Shown in pieces: positions 37,378 through 47,291 of a DNA stretch of 54,066 nt (positions within the stretch are counted from its first letter, which is position 1; each line of letters begins with the position of its first letter). The notes under the pieces are model-generated. The model searched no databases and was not told the origin of the DNA. It worked only from the letters and a program-made list of their open reading frames with translations. A program made the translations under genes and the position numbers. The stretch is from Actinomycetota bacterium. Its GTDB lineage: Bacteria > Actinomycetota > UBA4738. Where the stretch lies: NCBI GenBank assembly GCA_005888465.1, contig VAYJ01000056.1, forward strand, positions 1-54,066. Direction: 5' to 3'.

Positions 37378-38975
37378 TACTCGGCGCCCGAGAGGATCGC
37401 TCGGAGCGCCTGCCCCTCGAGCACGGTATCGAACGCGAGCCACTCAGGTGAGCGTTCGTCCTCCTCCACCCGGAAGCGGGCCTCGCCCGTCGCAGTGAGC
37501 GCCTCCTCGCGGCCCCACGGGTAGACGAGCACCAGCTGGTCGCCGCGGAGCACCACGCGGAAGTTCGAGAGCCACGGGTTGTAGGAGCGGTAGTGGCCGG
37601 GGAACGCCGCCCACGCGGGAGGGATGGGGCCGAGCGGCGGGCCCGCGCCGTCCCGCCGGTAGACGATCGCGCCCCGGTCGAGCTGCGACAGGTCGCCGTC
37701 CACCCGACGGAACGTGAGGTCGAAGAGCGAGAAGGCCGGGAGCCAAGCGTGGAACCGGTCCGGACCGCGGCGCTCGAGGGGGACGCTCAGCTCACCGTGC
37801 TTCAGCACCAGGCGGCTCCCCTCGGCTGCGAGCACCAGCGGCGGTGCCGCCGGGCTCGACCACGTGCCCTGGTACTCGGTCGGGTCCTCCACGACCTCGG
37901 GGTCCTCCGGCGGGGGCACGGGCGGGAGGGCGTCTCCTCGGGCCGACGCGGACAGCAGCTGCAGGGCGAACGCGACGACGTCGTAGGTGTAGTCCTCGTA
38001 GTCGGGGGCATTGACGAGTACGACCGCGCCGAAGCCGTCGGTCAGGTCCGCCATGATGGCCGACGCGTACCCGACCATGCTGCCGCCGTGGCGCAGGTAA
38101 CGGTGCCCGCCCTCCTCCGAGGTCGCCATCCCATACGCATAGGACCAGCCCGAATCCACCACCTCGCCCTGGTCGGCCACAGGCAGGACCATGCGCTCGA
38201 AGCTCTTCTCCGAGAGGAGCCCCGCACCCTTGTTCAGCAGAGTTCGCACGAAGATCGCCATGTCCCCAGCCGTCGAGGCCACGCTCCCGTCGGCCGTCCC
38301 GGTCTCGAGCCAGGTCGCCGGCACGAGCGAGCCGGGCCGGTCGCGCGGCCGGTCGTCGAACAAGGGCTCGTATCCCACGGCAAGGAACCGGCGGATCTCG
38401 TTCGTGATCGCCGGCACCGAGGCGCGCATCTCGAGCGGCACCAGGATCCTCGCGTGGATGATCTCGCGGTACGTCCGCCCGAGCACCGCCTCGAGCACGT
38501 GCCCGATCACGCGGTACCCAACGTTCGAATAGTGGAAGTGCTCGCCCGGCGGTGCGCTCGCGTCGGTGTCGCGCAGTGCCCACACGTCGTAGCGCGAATC
38601 CGAGGTGATGTCCGCGCCCGTGATGATGCCGGCCGTGTGGCTGAGCAGGTGGTGCAGCGTGATCGGCGCGAACTCGGAGCGCACGTGGAACCACGGGAGG
38701 TAGTCCGTGACCGGCGCGTGGAGGTCGACGTGGCCCTCCTGCGCCGCCTGCATGACGGCGATCGCCGTGAAGCACTTGCCGATCGAGCCGATCTCGAAGA
38801 GCGTCTCGGGACGCACGGCGATCCGAGCCGCCACGTCCGCGTACCCGTAGGACGACACGCGCACGAGCCCGTTCCGGTCCGTGAGCGCGAGCGCCAGCCC
38901 GGGCGTGCCGGCGCGCTCCATGCACTGGGCGACGAACCGGTCCAGCCGCTCGAACGGCTCTCCCGGATCCTTCAT
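37356..38975 (-). CDS. serine hydrolase, class C beta-lactamase / PBP4*-like
   Basis: S-x-x-K: FEIGSIGKCFTA. YSNVGY (Y-x-N). HGG late motif. Large C-terminal extension. The 3' end overlaps the cysO tail by 22 nt, convergently. Confidence 0.85.
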   Translation of the reverse strand: MKDPGEPFERLDRFVAQCMERAGTPGLALALTDRNGLVRVSSYGYADVAARIAVRPETLFEIGSIGKCFTAIAVMQAAQEGHVDLHAPVTDYLPWFHVRSEFAPITLHHLLSHTAGIITGADITSDSRYDVWALRDTDASAPPGEHFHYSNVGYRVIGHVLEAVLGRTYREIIHARILVPLEMRASVPAITNEIRRFLAVGYEPLFDDRPRDRPGSLVPATWLETGTADGSVASTAGDMAIFVRTLLNKGAGLLSEKSFERMVLPVADQGEVVDSGWSYAYGMATSEEGGHRYLRHGGSMVGYASAIMADLTDGFGAVVLVNAPDYEDYTYDVVAFALQLLSASARGDALPPVPPPEDPEVVEDPTEYQGTWSSPAAPPLVLAAEGSRLVLKHGELSVPLERRGPDRFHAWLPAFSLFDLTFRRVDGDLSQLDRGAIVYRRDGAGPPLGPIPPAWAAFPGHYRSYNPWLSNFRVVLRGDQLVLVYPWGREEALTATGEARFRVEEDERSPEWLAFDTVLEGQALRAILSGAEYYRVFTP

Positions 38976-39077
38976 TGGATACTCATCGGCTCGCCGGACA
39001 CACTACCCGAGGTTCCCTTCGATCCCCGGCAGATGTAGGGTTTCCGCGCTGTTCCCCGACCAGCGAAGGAGGGAGCC

Positions 39078-40313
39078 GTGAGCTCTGCGTTCGAGGCCGT
39101 GACCGGTTCGTTCGAAGCTGCAGCGGAGCGCCTCAACCTGGAGCTGTCGCTCCGCGAGGCCATGGCCACGCCAACTCGGGAAGTGACGGTCCAGGTCCGG
39201 GTCCCGATGGACGGCGGCGGGTTCAAGGTCTACAAGGGGTACCGCGTCCAATACAACAACGCGCGCGGGCCCTACAAGGGCGGGCTCCGGTTCCATCCGA
39301 ACGTCTCCCTCGACGAGATCCGCTGCTTCGCCGCCCTCATGACGTGGAAGACCGCCCTCATGAACATCCCGTTCGGCGGCGGCAAGGGCGGCGTGCAGGT
39401 CGACCCGAAGCTCTTGTCCGAGGCCGAGCTCGAGCGGCTCTCTCGTTCGTTCATGCGTGCGATCGCGGAGGTCATCGGGCCGACCGTCGACGTGCCCGCC
39501 CCCGACGTGAACACGACGCCCCAGATCATGGGGTGGATGGCCGACGAGTATGCGCGGCGCTACGGTCCGAACCCCGCAGTCATCACCGGCAAGCCCATCG
39601 CGTTCGGCGGTTCCCTGGGCCGCGACTCGGCGACCGGACGCGGGGCCCTCTTCTGCGTGGACCATCTGGTCCGAGCCCGCGGACTGAAGCGCAACGAGCA
39701 GACGCTCGCGATCGACGGGTACGGCAACGCGGGGTCGTGGCTCGCGATCCTCGCCCACGACATCGGCTACACGATCGTCGCCCTCTCCGACAGCAAGGGC
39801 GCGATCCACAACCCGAAGGGCCTGCATCCCGAGAAGGTCCTCGCGCACAAGCACGAGACGGGGAGCGTCGTCGGCTTCGAGGGCGCCGACACCATCTCGG
39901 GCGACGACATCTTCGGCGTCGACTGCACCGTGTTCGTGCCCGCCGCGCTCGACGAGAGCATCAAGGAGGACCGCGCGAAGCAGATCACGGCGAAGATCAT
40001 CCTCGAGGAGGCGAACTACCCGGTCACGACCGAGGCGGACGCGATCCTCGCCGACCGCGGTGTGACGATCCTGCCCGACATCCTGGCCTCCGGGGGCGGG
40101 GTGGCGGTCTCCTATCTCGAATGGGTACAGGACCTCCAGCGCGAGGCGTGGACCGAGGAGCGCGTGAACGCGCGGCTCGAGGACATCATGGAGGCCGCGA
40201 CCGCCGGCGTGCTCGCGCGCGCCGACAAGGAGAAGGCCACCCTCAGGGAAGCCGCGTACCTGATCGGCGTCGAGCGCGTCGCCGAGGCCGAGGTGGCCCG
40301 GGGATACCGCTAG
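39078..40313 (+). CDS. gdhA: Glu/Leu/Phe/Val dehydrogenase family, glutamate dehydrogenase-like
   Basis: GPYKGGLRFHP, MTWKTALMNIPFGGGKGGV, GTDVPAPDVNT-type segment (VDVPAPDVNT), GYGNAGSW Rossmann. AAGGAGGGA Shine-Dalgarno before GTG. Confidence 0.9.
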   Translation: MSSAFEAVTGSFEAAAERLNLELSLREAMATPTREVTVQVRVPMDGGGFKVYKGYRVQYNNARGPYKGGLRFHPNVSLDEIRCFAALMTWKTALMNIPFGGGKGGVQVDPKLLSEAELERLSRSFMRAIAEVIGPTVDVPAPDVNTTPQIMGWMADEYARRYGPNPAVITGKPIAFGGSLGRDSATGRGALFCVDHLVRARGLKRNEQTLAIDGYGNAGSWLAILAHDIGYTIVALSDSKGAIHNPKGLHPEKVLAHKHETGSVVGFEGADTISGDDIFGVDCTVFVPAALDESIKEDRAKQITAKIILEEANYPVTTEADAILADRGVTILPDILASGGGVAVSYLEWVQDLQREAWTEERVNARLEDIMEAATAGVLARADKEKATLREAAYLIGVERVAEAEVARGYR

Positions 40314-40418
40314 ACGAATCCGAGTTGACGATTCGCAGCGACGGCCGCACTGCGCTACATTTCCAGCGCAGGGGCCGGAAGGCGGTACCCACGCCCGGTC
40401 GGTCGCGGGAGACCGTTC

Positions 40419-40434
40419 GTCCTCGCAAGAGGAC
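40419..40434. terminator. GC-rich hairpin GTCCTC-GCAA-GAGGAC between convergent genes
   Basis: Perfect 6-bp stem with a GNRA-like loop in the 166-nt gap between gdhA (+) and the GcvT-like gene (-). No U-tract. Confidence 0.25.
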
Positions 40435-40479
40435 ACGAATCGGGACGCATGGTCGCCGCCTTTCGACCCCCGCGTCGTC

Positions 40480-41682
40480 TCAGCCGGCGGTCGCCGTCTT
40501 TCTCGGTGGCTTGAAGAACGGAAGGTCGACAACCGTCGCCTTCGCTCGGCCGCGGCGCGCCTCCACCGTCCACTCGATCGAGAGCTCGGTTCCCGTGTCG
40601 GCGTGCGTGACTGACATCGACGCGAGCGCGATCGCCTTCTTCAGCGTCGGACTCCACGTGGTGCTGGTTACTCGGCCGACCTGCCTACGTCCGAGAAAGA
40701 GCGGCACGTGCGAACGTGACGTGGTCGCCTGCATGACGGGTGGGAGGTCCTGGGCGGCATACAGCTTCTCCAGGCCATCCCATTCGATGTCGAGACCGAC
40801 CAGTCGTCGTGGGGGGCCGCCGTGTCGCTGTTCCTCTTGAAGGGCGGCCTTCCCGACGTAGTCGTCCTTGTCGAACGTGACGAGCTTGCCGAGGATGCCG
40901 AGCTCGAACGGCGAGTAGGACTGCTCGGGGATGAGCGCGTGGCGGGAGCTCGTGTAGTCGACCTCGAGGAGGATCAGGCCGGCCTCGACGCGCGCGATGT
41001 CGAGCGCGAGCATGCCCGCGGGCATGATGCCGAACGGCGCGCCGGCATCCATCACGGCGTCCCAGAGCTCGACCGCTCTGGCGGTGTCGACCCAGAGCTC
41101 GTAGCCAAGGTCGCCGGTGTAGCCGGTGCGCGTGACGTCGATGGGGATGGTTCGTACGCTCGATGGTCTGCGACGGAAGTAGCGCAGGTCGCCGAAGGGT
41201 TCGTTTGTGAGCGACTCAAGCACACCGCGTGAGAGCGGGCCCTGCAGCGCGAGCGCGGCGAGCGACTCGGTGACCTCGGCGATCGTGACGTCCAGGCCGG
41301 TGGCGTTCATGCGAAGCCAGCGAAGCGACGGGTCGGCGGCCGTCCATCGATAGGTGCTCTCGTCCAGGCGCGTGATCGTGCCGTCGTCCATGACCTTGCC
41401 GTGCTCGTCGCACCAACACGCGTACCAGACCTGGTTCGGCTGGAGCTTCGTCGCGTCGCGGACGATCACGCGGTCGACGAAGCGGAGCGCGTCGGGTCCG
41501 GTGACCTCGTACTTGTAGAGCGGCGAGACGTCGATGAGCGCGGCGGCCTCGCGGATCGCGTTGTACTCGATGTCGGGCGCGTCGGCGTAGGCACTCGCGG
41601 CGAAGTAGCCGCTCCATTCGCGCCACTGCATCTTTCGGTTGAGCGCGGCCGTTCGCGGATGGAAGGCGGTCCCGATGCTCAC
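40480..41682 (-). CDS. aminomethyltransferase (GcvT/folate-binding) family protein
   Basis: EYNAIREAAALIDVSPLYKYEVTGPDA, ALALQGP, TRTGYTGDLGYELWV, and a C-terminal barrel domain. Confidence 0.82.
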   Translation of the reverse strand: MSIGTAFHPRTAALNRKMQWREWSGYFAASAYADAPDIEYNAIREAAALIDVSPLYKYEVTGPDALRFVDRVIVRDATKLQPNQVWYACWCDEHGKVMDDGTITRLDESTYRWTAADPSLRWLRMNATGLDVTIAEVTESLAALALQGPLSRGVLESLTNEPFGDLRYFRRRPSSVRTIPIDVTRTGYTGDLGYELWVDTARAVELWDAVMDAGAPFGIMPAGMLALDIARVEAGLILLEVDYTSSRHALIPEQSYSPFELGILGKLVTFDKDDYVGKAALQEEQRHGGPPRRLVGLDIEWDGLEKLYAAQDLPPVMQATTSRSHVPLFLGRRQVGRVTSTTWSPTLKKAIALASMSVTHADTGTELSIEWTVEARRGRAKATVVDLPFFKPPRKTATAG

Positions 41683-41719
41683 GGCGGTGGATTCTGACAG
41701 ACCGTTAGGATGGGCGCCC

Positions 41720-43315
41720 GTGCCGCAGCGCTACGACGCGATCGTCATCGGAGGGGGACACAACGGCCTGGTGTGCGCCGCGTATCTGGCGCGCGATGGG
41801 CTGAAAACGCTCGTCGTGGAGCGGCGGCACGTGCTGGGCGGGGCCGCCGTCACTGAAGAGGTCTTCCCGGGCTTTCGGTTCTCTGTGGCGTCCTACGTGG
41901 TGAGCCTGCTCCGGCCGGAGGTGATCCGGGAGCTGGAGCTGCCGCGGCACGGGCTGGAGATCCTGCCGCTCGACGGGACGTTCACGCCGCTGGACGACGA
42001 CTACCTCTGGAGGGTGAACGACCACGGGCGCACCGTGCGCGAGCTTCGGCGGTGGTCGGCGACGGACGCGGAGGCGTACGAGGAATACGGCCTGCTGATG
42101 GTCGAGATGGCGCGGTTCATCAAGCCGATCCTCTCGATCGTCCCGCCCGACCCGGCGCGGAGCGACCCGCGCGAGTGGCTGCCGCTGGTGGGACTGGCGC
42201 GTCGCTTTCGGAAGCTCCCGGAGCAGCAGCAGGCCGTGTTCGTCCAGCTGATGACCATGAGCGCGGCCGACTTCCTGGACCAGTGGTTCGAGACCGACCC
42301 GCTGAAGGCGACGATGGCGGCCTCGGGGATCATCGGCACCTTCCAGGGCGTCCGATCACCGGGGACCGCGTATGTGCTGCTGCACCACTACATGGGCGAG
42401 ATCGACGGCGCGTTCCGCGCGTGGGGGATCCCGCGTGGCGGCACCGGCGGGGTGAGCGAGGCGATCGCGTCCGCCGCGCGCGCGCATGGCGCCGAGATCC
42501 GAACCGAAGCGAGCGTCGTCCACGTGGTGGTGCGGAACGGGCGAGCGAAGGGCGTGGTGCTCGAGTCGGGCGAGGAGCTCGAGGCCGGCGTCCTGCTCTC
42601 GAGCGCCGACGCGCGGCGGACGTTCCTCGACCTCGTGGACCCCGGTGCGCTGGACGAGTCGTTCCTGGCCGAGGTCCGTCGCTACAAGTTCCGGGGGTCG
42701 TCGGGGAAGGTGAACCTGGCGCTCGACGGGCTGCCGGACTTCACATGTCTGCCGGGTCCGGGCCCGCACCTCCGCGGCGCGGTCAGCTTCAGCCCGTCGG
42801 TCGAGCACATGGAGCGCGCGTACGACGACACGAAGTACGGGCGGTTCTCGCGCCGGCCGTACATCGACACGATCATCCCGACGCTCGTCGACCCGTCGAT
42901 GGCGCCCCCGGGCAAGCACGTCATGAGCTGCTTCGTCCAATACGCGCCGTATCACCTGGCCGACGGCGCCGTGTGGGACGACGAGATGCGCGACGCCTTC
43001 GGCGACGCCGTGATCGACACGATCGCGGAACGGGCGCCGAACATCCGCGACATCATCCTGCACCGCCAGGTCCTCACCCCGCTCGATCTGGAGACGACCT
43101 TCGGCCTGTCCGAGGGGAACATCTTCCAGGGCGAGCTGTCGCTCGAGCAGCTGTTCTTCAATCGCCCTGTGCCCGGGTGGGCGCGCTACCGCACGCCGAT
43201 CAAGGGCCTGTGGATGTGCGGGGCGGCCACGCATCCGGGCGGCGGCATCATGGGCGCGTCGGGCCGAATCGCCGCGCTCGAGGTCTTGAAGGAGCGGCGG
43301 CGGAGGGCCGCGTGA
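41720..43315 (+). CDS. FAD-dependent oxidoreductase, phytoene desaturase (CrtI)/PYROXD2-like
   Basis: YDAIVIGGGHNGLVCAAYLARDGLKTLVVERRHVLGGA, C-terminal GLWMCGAATHPGGGIMG. GTG 41720 was chosen to avoid overlapping the divergent gene start (alternative ATG at 41675). Confidence 0.82.
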   Translation: MPQRYDAIVIGGGHNGLVCAAYLARDGLKTLVVERRHVLGGAAVTEEVFPGFRFSVASYVVSLLRPEVIRELELPRHGLEILPLDGTFTPLDDDYLWRVNDHGRTVRELRRWSATDAEAYEEYGLLMVEMARFIKPILSIVPPDPARSDPREWLPLVGLARRFRKLPEQQQAVFVQLMTMSAADFLDQWFETDPLKATMAASGIIGTFQGVRSPGTAYVLLHHYMGEIDGAFRAWGIPRGGTGGVSEAIASAARAHGAEIRTEASVVHVVVRNGRAKGVVLESGEELEAGVLLSSADARRTFLDLVDPGALDESFLAEVRRYKFRGSSGKVNLALDGLPDFTCLPGPGPHLRGAVSFSPSVEHMERAYDDTKYGRFSRRPYIDTIIPTLVDPSMAPPGKHVMSCFVQYAPYHLADGAVWDDEMRDAFGDAVIDTIAERAPNIRDIILHRQVLTPLDLETTFGLSEGNIFQGELSLEQLFFNRPVPGWARYRTPIKGLWMCGAATHPGGGIMGASGRIAALEVLKERRRRAA

Positions 43316-44833
43316 CCGCACCGCTCGACGCGATCGTCGTCGGCGGCGGGCACAACGGGCTCGTCACGGCCGCCTACCTGGCGAAGGCCGGGCGGCGAAC
43401 GCTCGTGCTCGAGCGTCGCGAGGAGCCGGGCGGGGCAGCCGAGCTCGCGCTCACCGTGGGGCGGCTCAGCCCGACGGTGGTGCGGGACTTGCGTCTTACG
43501 GAACACGGTGTGGCGTTCATCCGCCCGGCGGTGCGCGCGTTCGCCCCTCTGGGCCGATCCCGCGCGGACGGCGTCGGAGCTGGCCGCTCGTTCGAAGGCC
43601 GACGCGGACGCGTTTCCGAAGTTCGACGCGAAGGTGCGCGCGGTCGCGAGCTTCCTCGCGCATGTCGCGGCGACGACGCCTCCCGACGTGGGGAGCCCGA
43701 CCTTCGCCGACTCGATCCGTGGCCTCCGGCTCGCGCGCGCGTTCCGTGGCCTGGGCGACCGAGGGCAAACGCGCGAGGCGATCCGCATCCTGCCGATGGC
43801 CGTAGCGGACCTGGTCGGCGACGCGTTCGAGACCGACGCGCTCCGCGGGGCGATCGCGGTCCGCGGGATCCGGTACGCGGCGATGGGTCCGTGGTCGGCG
43901 GGGACGGCAGCGAACCTGCTGTTCGACTCGGCGGGGAACGACGGTGGCGCCGCTGGAGAGACGGCGTTCGCGCGCGGCGGCTCGGTCACGGTCGGGCGCG
44001 CGCTCGCGGATGCTGCTCGCACGTTCGGGGCCGAGATCCGATGTGGGGCGACCGTCGAGCGGGTTACGGTGGCGGGTGGGCGCGTCACCGGCGTCGTGAT
44101 CGCCGGTGGGGAGGAGCTCGCCGCGCCGATCGTCGTGTCCGGGGTCGACCCCAAGCGCGTCCTGCTCGGGATGGTCGACCCCGTCGCGCTCGGCCCGACG
44201 CTCGTGTGGCGCGCGGGCAACCTTCGGATGCCCGGCGTGGTGGCGCGCGTCGAGCTGACGCTCGACGCGCTGCCCGTGTTTCCCGGCCCGGACGAGGAGC
44301 GCCTGCGCGGTCGGATCGTCATGGCGCCCGGCATCGACGACCTCGAGCGGGCGTTCGACGCCTCGAAGTACGGTCGGGTCTCCGACGAGCCCTTCCTCGA
44401 GGCGACGATCCCGAGCCTCGCAGACCCGAAGGTCGCGCCGGAGGGCGGCCATCGGATGCTCGTCCTCGCGCAGTTCGCTCCCTATCGCCTCCGCGAGGGC
44501 GACTGGGACGCCGAGCGCGACCGCCTCGGCGATCGCGTCCTGGCGAGGCTCGAGCGCTTCGCGCCCGGGCTGACGGCGCGGGTCATTCGGCGCAACGTGC
44601 TCACGCCCCCGGACCTCGAACGCGACTACGGCCTCACCGAGGGCCACCCCATGCACGGCGAACACGGCCTCGACCAGCTGTTCGCGTGGCGGCCGCTCTT
44701 CGGCCACGCACGCTACCGGCTGCCCGTCGAGGGCCTGTTCCTCTGCGGGTCCGGCGCCCACCCGGGCGGCGGGGTCACCGGGCGCCCCGGCGCGAACGCC
44801 GCCCGCGAGATCCTTCGCCGCCGCGCCCGGTAG
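43312..44833 (+). pseudogene. second CrtI/PYROXD2-like FAD oxidoreductase (tandem paralogue) with frame break near 43545-43555
   Basis: GTGA overlap with the paralogue. LDAIVVGGGHNGLVTAAYLAKAGRRTLVLERREEPGG up to RAFAPL, then the frame of ORF 43508-44833 (WADPARTASELAARSKADADAF ... GLFLCGSGAHPGGGVTG). Span length is 3n+1. Confidence 0.78.
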
Positions 44834-44843
44834 CATCGAGGGC

Positions 44844-45065
44844 ATGTGCCGAAGCATCAAGACGCTCCGCCGCGAAGACGAGCCGGCCACCCAGGACGAG
44901 ATCGAGGCCGCCGCCCTGCAGTTCGTGCGCAAGGTGAGCGGGTACCGCCAGCCGTCGAAGCGCAACGCCGAGGCGTTCGAGGCCGCAGTGGGGGAGGTCG
45001 CGGCCGCGTCCCGGCGATTGCTCGAGGCGGTCGGCGCGACGCCGGCCTCGGAGGGCGTGTCCTAG
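44844..45065 (+). CDS. DUF2277-like small protein
   Basis: MCRSIKTLRREDEPATQDEIEAAALQFVRKVSGY matches my recollection of the DUF2277 N-terminus. TAGCAT -10-like hexamer at 44831-44836, 8 nt upstream (leaderless). Confidence 0.65.
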   Translation: MCRSIKTLRREDEPATQDEIEAAALQFVRKVSGYRQPSKRNAEAFEAAVGEVAAASRRLLEAVGATPASEGVS

Positions 45066-45073
45066 TCCGCTGG

Positions 45074-45079
45074 CATAAT
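45074..45079 (+). promoter_or_regulatory. candidate extended -10 (TGGCATAAT) for cysM
   Basis: TG-n-CATAAT ends 10 nt before ATG 45089. Confidence 0.3.
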
Positions 45080-45088
45080 CGCCCTGCG

Positions 45089-46021
45089 ATGCGGGCGGAT
45101 GACATCCTGGGGACGATCGGGAACACGCCCCTCGTCGGCATCCCGCGCCTCTCGCCGTCGCCGAACGTCCGGCTCTGGGCGAAGCTCGAGGGCCAGAACC
45201 CGACGGGCTCGCTGAAGGACCGGATCGCGCTTGCCATGATCGAGGACGCCGAGCGTTCGGGCGCGCTCGCGCCGGGCGCGCGCGTCCTGGAGCCGACGTC
45301 GGGCAACACGGGCATCGCGCTCGCTATGGTGTGCGCCCGCAAGGGCTACGCGCTGACGGTCGTCATCCCGGAGAACGCGAGCGACGAGCGGATGCATCTC
45401 CTCGAGCTGTTCGGCGCCGAGATCGTCACGACGCCGGCCGACCGGGGGACGAACGGCGCGATCGAGATCGCGCAGCGCATGGCGAAGGGCGGGACGTGGT
45501 TCATGCCGTTCCAGTACGGCAACCCGTCGAACGTCCGCGCGCACTACGAGGGGACCGGCGCCGAGATCCTCCGCGACCTCCCCGACGTCACGCATTTCGT
45601 CGCCGGGCTCGGGACGGGCGGCACGCTCACGGGCGCCGGGCGGCGCCTGAAGGAGCACCGCGCGGACGTGAAGGTCATCGCCGCCGAGCCCGAGCTGGGC
45701 GAGCTCGTCTACGGGCTGCGCTCGCTCGACGAAGGGTTCGTGCCGCCGATCCTCGACGAGGCGATCCTGGACGGGAAGTTCCTGGTCTCCGCCGCCGACG
45801 CGCTGCGCGGGGCGCGCGACCTCACGCAGCGCGAGGGGATCTTCGCCGGGATCTCCTCGGGCGCCGTGGTCCACGTCGCGCGGCGTGTGGCCGAGCGCCT
45901 GGAGACGGGCGACGTCGTGTGCCTGCTCCCCGACGGCGGGTGGAAGTATCTCTCCACGAAGGCGTGGGCGCAGGACCTCGCGCTCGCGGAGAAGCAGGTC
46001 GAGGAGACGCTGTGGTGGTAA
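45089..46021 (+). CDS. cysM: PLP-dependent cysteine synthase, CysM-like (CysO-thiocarboxylate-dependent type by context)
   Basis: IGNTPLV, NPTGSLKDR (PLP Lys), TSGNTGIALA, GLGTGGTLTG, GISSGA. Followed by murI-MBL-rph-rdgB as in mycobacteria. Confidence 0.9.
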   Translation: MRADDILGTIGNTPLVGIPRLSPSPNVRLWAKLEGQNPTGSLKDRIALAMIEDAERSGALAPGARVLEPTSGNTGIALAMVCARKGYALTVVIPENASDERMHLLELFGAEIVTTPADRGTNGAIEIAQRMAKGGTWFMPFQYGNPSNVRAHYEGTGAEILRDLPDVTHFVAGLGTGGTLTGAGRRLKEHRADVKVIAAEPELGELVYGLRSLDEGFVPPILDEAILDGKFLVSAADALRGARDLTQREGIFAGISSGAVVHVARRVAERLETGDVVCLLPDGGWKYLSTKAWAQDLALAEKQVEETLWW

Positions 46022-47291
46022 GGGGAGCGAGCGGATGAGCGACCCGCGGCCGATCGGCGTGTTCGATTCCGGCCTCGGTGGCCTGACGGTCGTCCGCGCG
46101 ATCATGGACGACCTGCCGGCCGAGCCGATCGCTTACGTCGGCGACACGGCGCGGTTCCCGTACGGCCCCCGGCCGGCCGAGGAGATCCGGCGGTTCGCCG
46201 TGCAGATCGCGCAGTACCTCCTCACGCTCGACGTGAAGCTCATCGTCGTCGCGTGCAACTCGGCCACGTCGGCCGCCCTGGACCAGGTGACGGCGGCGGT
46301 GCCCGTGCCCGTGGTGGGAGTGATCGAGCCCGCCGTCCGCGCGACCCGCAACCGCCGGGTCGGGCTCATCGGCACCGAGGTCACCGTGTCCAGCGGCGCC
46401 TACCAGCGCTCGTTCGCCGAGTCCGCGCCCGACGTCGAGATGACCGCGCGGCCCTGCCCGCGGTTCGTCGAGTTCGTCGAACGCGGCGACACCACCAGCG
46501 TGGAGCTCCTCGACGAGGCGCACCTGGACGGGAAGTTCCTGGTCTCCGCCGCCGACGCGCTGCGCGGGGCGCGCGACCTCACGCAGCGCGAGGGGATCTT
46601 CGCCGGGATCTCCTCGGGCGCCGTGCTCCACGTCGCGCGGCGGGTGGCCGAGCGCCTGGAGACGGGCGACGTCGTGTGCCTGCTCCCCGACGGCGGGTGG
46701 AAGTATCTCTCCACGAAGGCGTGGGCGCCGGACCTCGCGCTCGCGGAGAAGCAGGTCGAGGAGACGCTGTGGTGGTAGGGGGAGCGAGCGGATGAGCGAC
46801 CCGCGGCCGATCGGCGTGTTCGATTCCGGCCTCGGTGGCCTGACGGTCGTCCGCGCGATCATGGACGACCTGCCGGCCGAGCCGATCGCTTACGTCGGCG
46901 ACACGGCGCGGTTCCCGTACGGCCCCCGGCCGGCCGAGGAGATCCGGCGGTTCGCCGTGCAGATCGCGCAGTACCTCCTCACGCTCGACGTGAAGCTCAT
47001 CGTCGTCGCGTGCAACTCGGCCACGTCGGCCGCCCTGGACCAGGTGACGGCGGCGGTGCCCGTGCCCGTGGTGGGAGTGATCGAGCCCGCCGTCCGCGCC
47101 GCCGTCCGCGCGACCCGCAACCGCCGGGTCGGGCTCATCGGCACCGAGGTCACCGTGTCCAGCGGCGCCTACCAGCGCTCGTTCGCCGAGTCCGCGCCCG
47201 ACGTCGAGATGACCGCGCGGCCCTGCCCGCGGTTCGTCGAGTTCGTCGAACGCGGCGACACCACCAGCGTGGAGCTCCTCGACGAGGCGCA
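45766..47291 (+). repeat. tandem direct duplication: unit 1 45766-46522 (757 nt), unit 2 46523-47291 (769 nt)
   Basis: The units are identical except at 45869/46626 (G/C), 45886/46643 (T/G), 45972/46729 (A/C), 46021/46778 (A/G), plus a 12-nt GCCGTCCGCGCC-type extra copy in unit 2 around 47090-47101. The junction is flanked by the 13-mer CCTCGACGAGGCG, present at 45751, 46508 and 47277. Confidence 0.93.
46035..46778 (+). other. chimeric ORF created by the duplication: MurI residues about 1-163 fused in frame to the last about 85 residues of CysM
   Basis: MSDPRPIGVFDSGLGGLTV...CNSATS...ELLDEAH | LDGKFLVSAADALRGARDL...ETLWW. Keeps the murI ribosome-binding context. Lacks the second MurI catalytic Cys region (GCTHYP). 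Confidence 0.85.
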
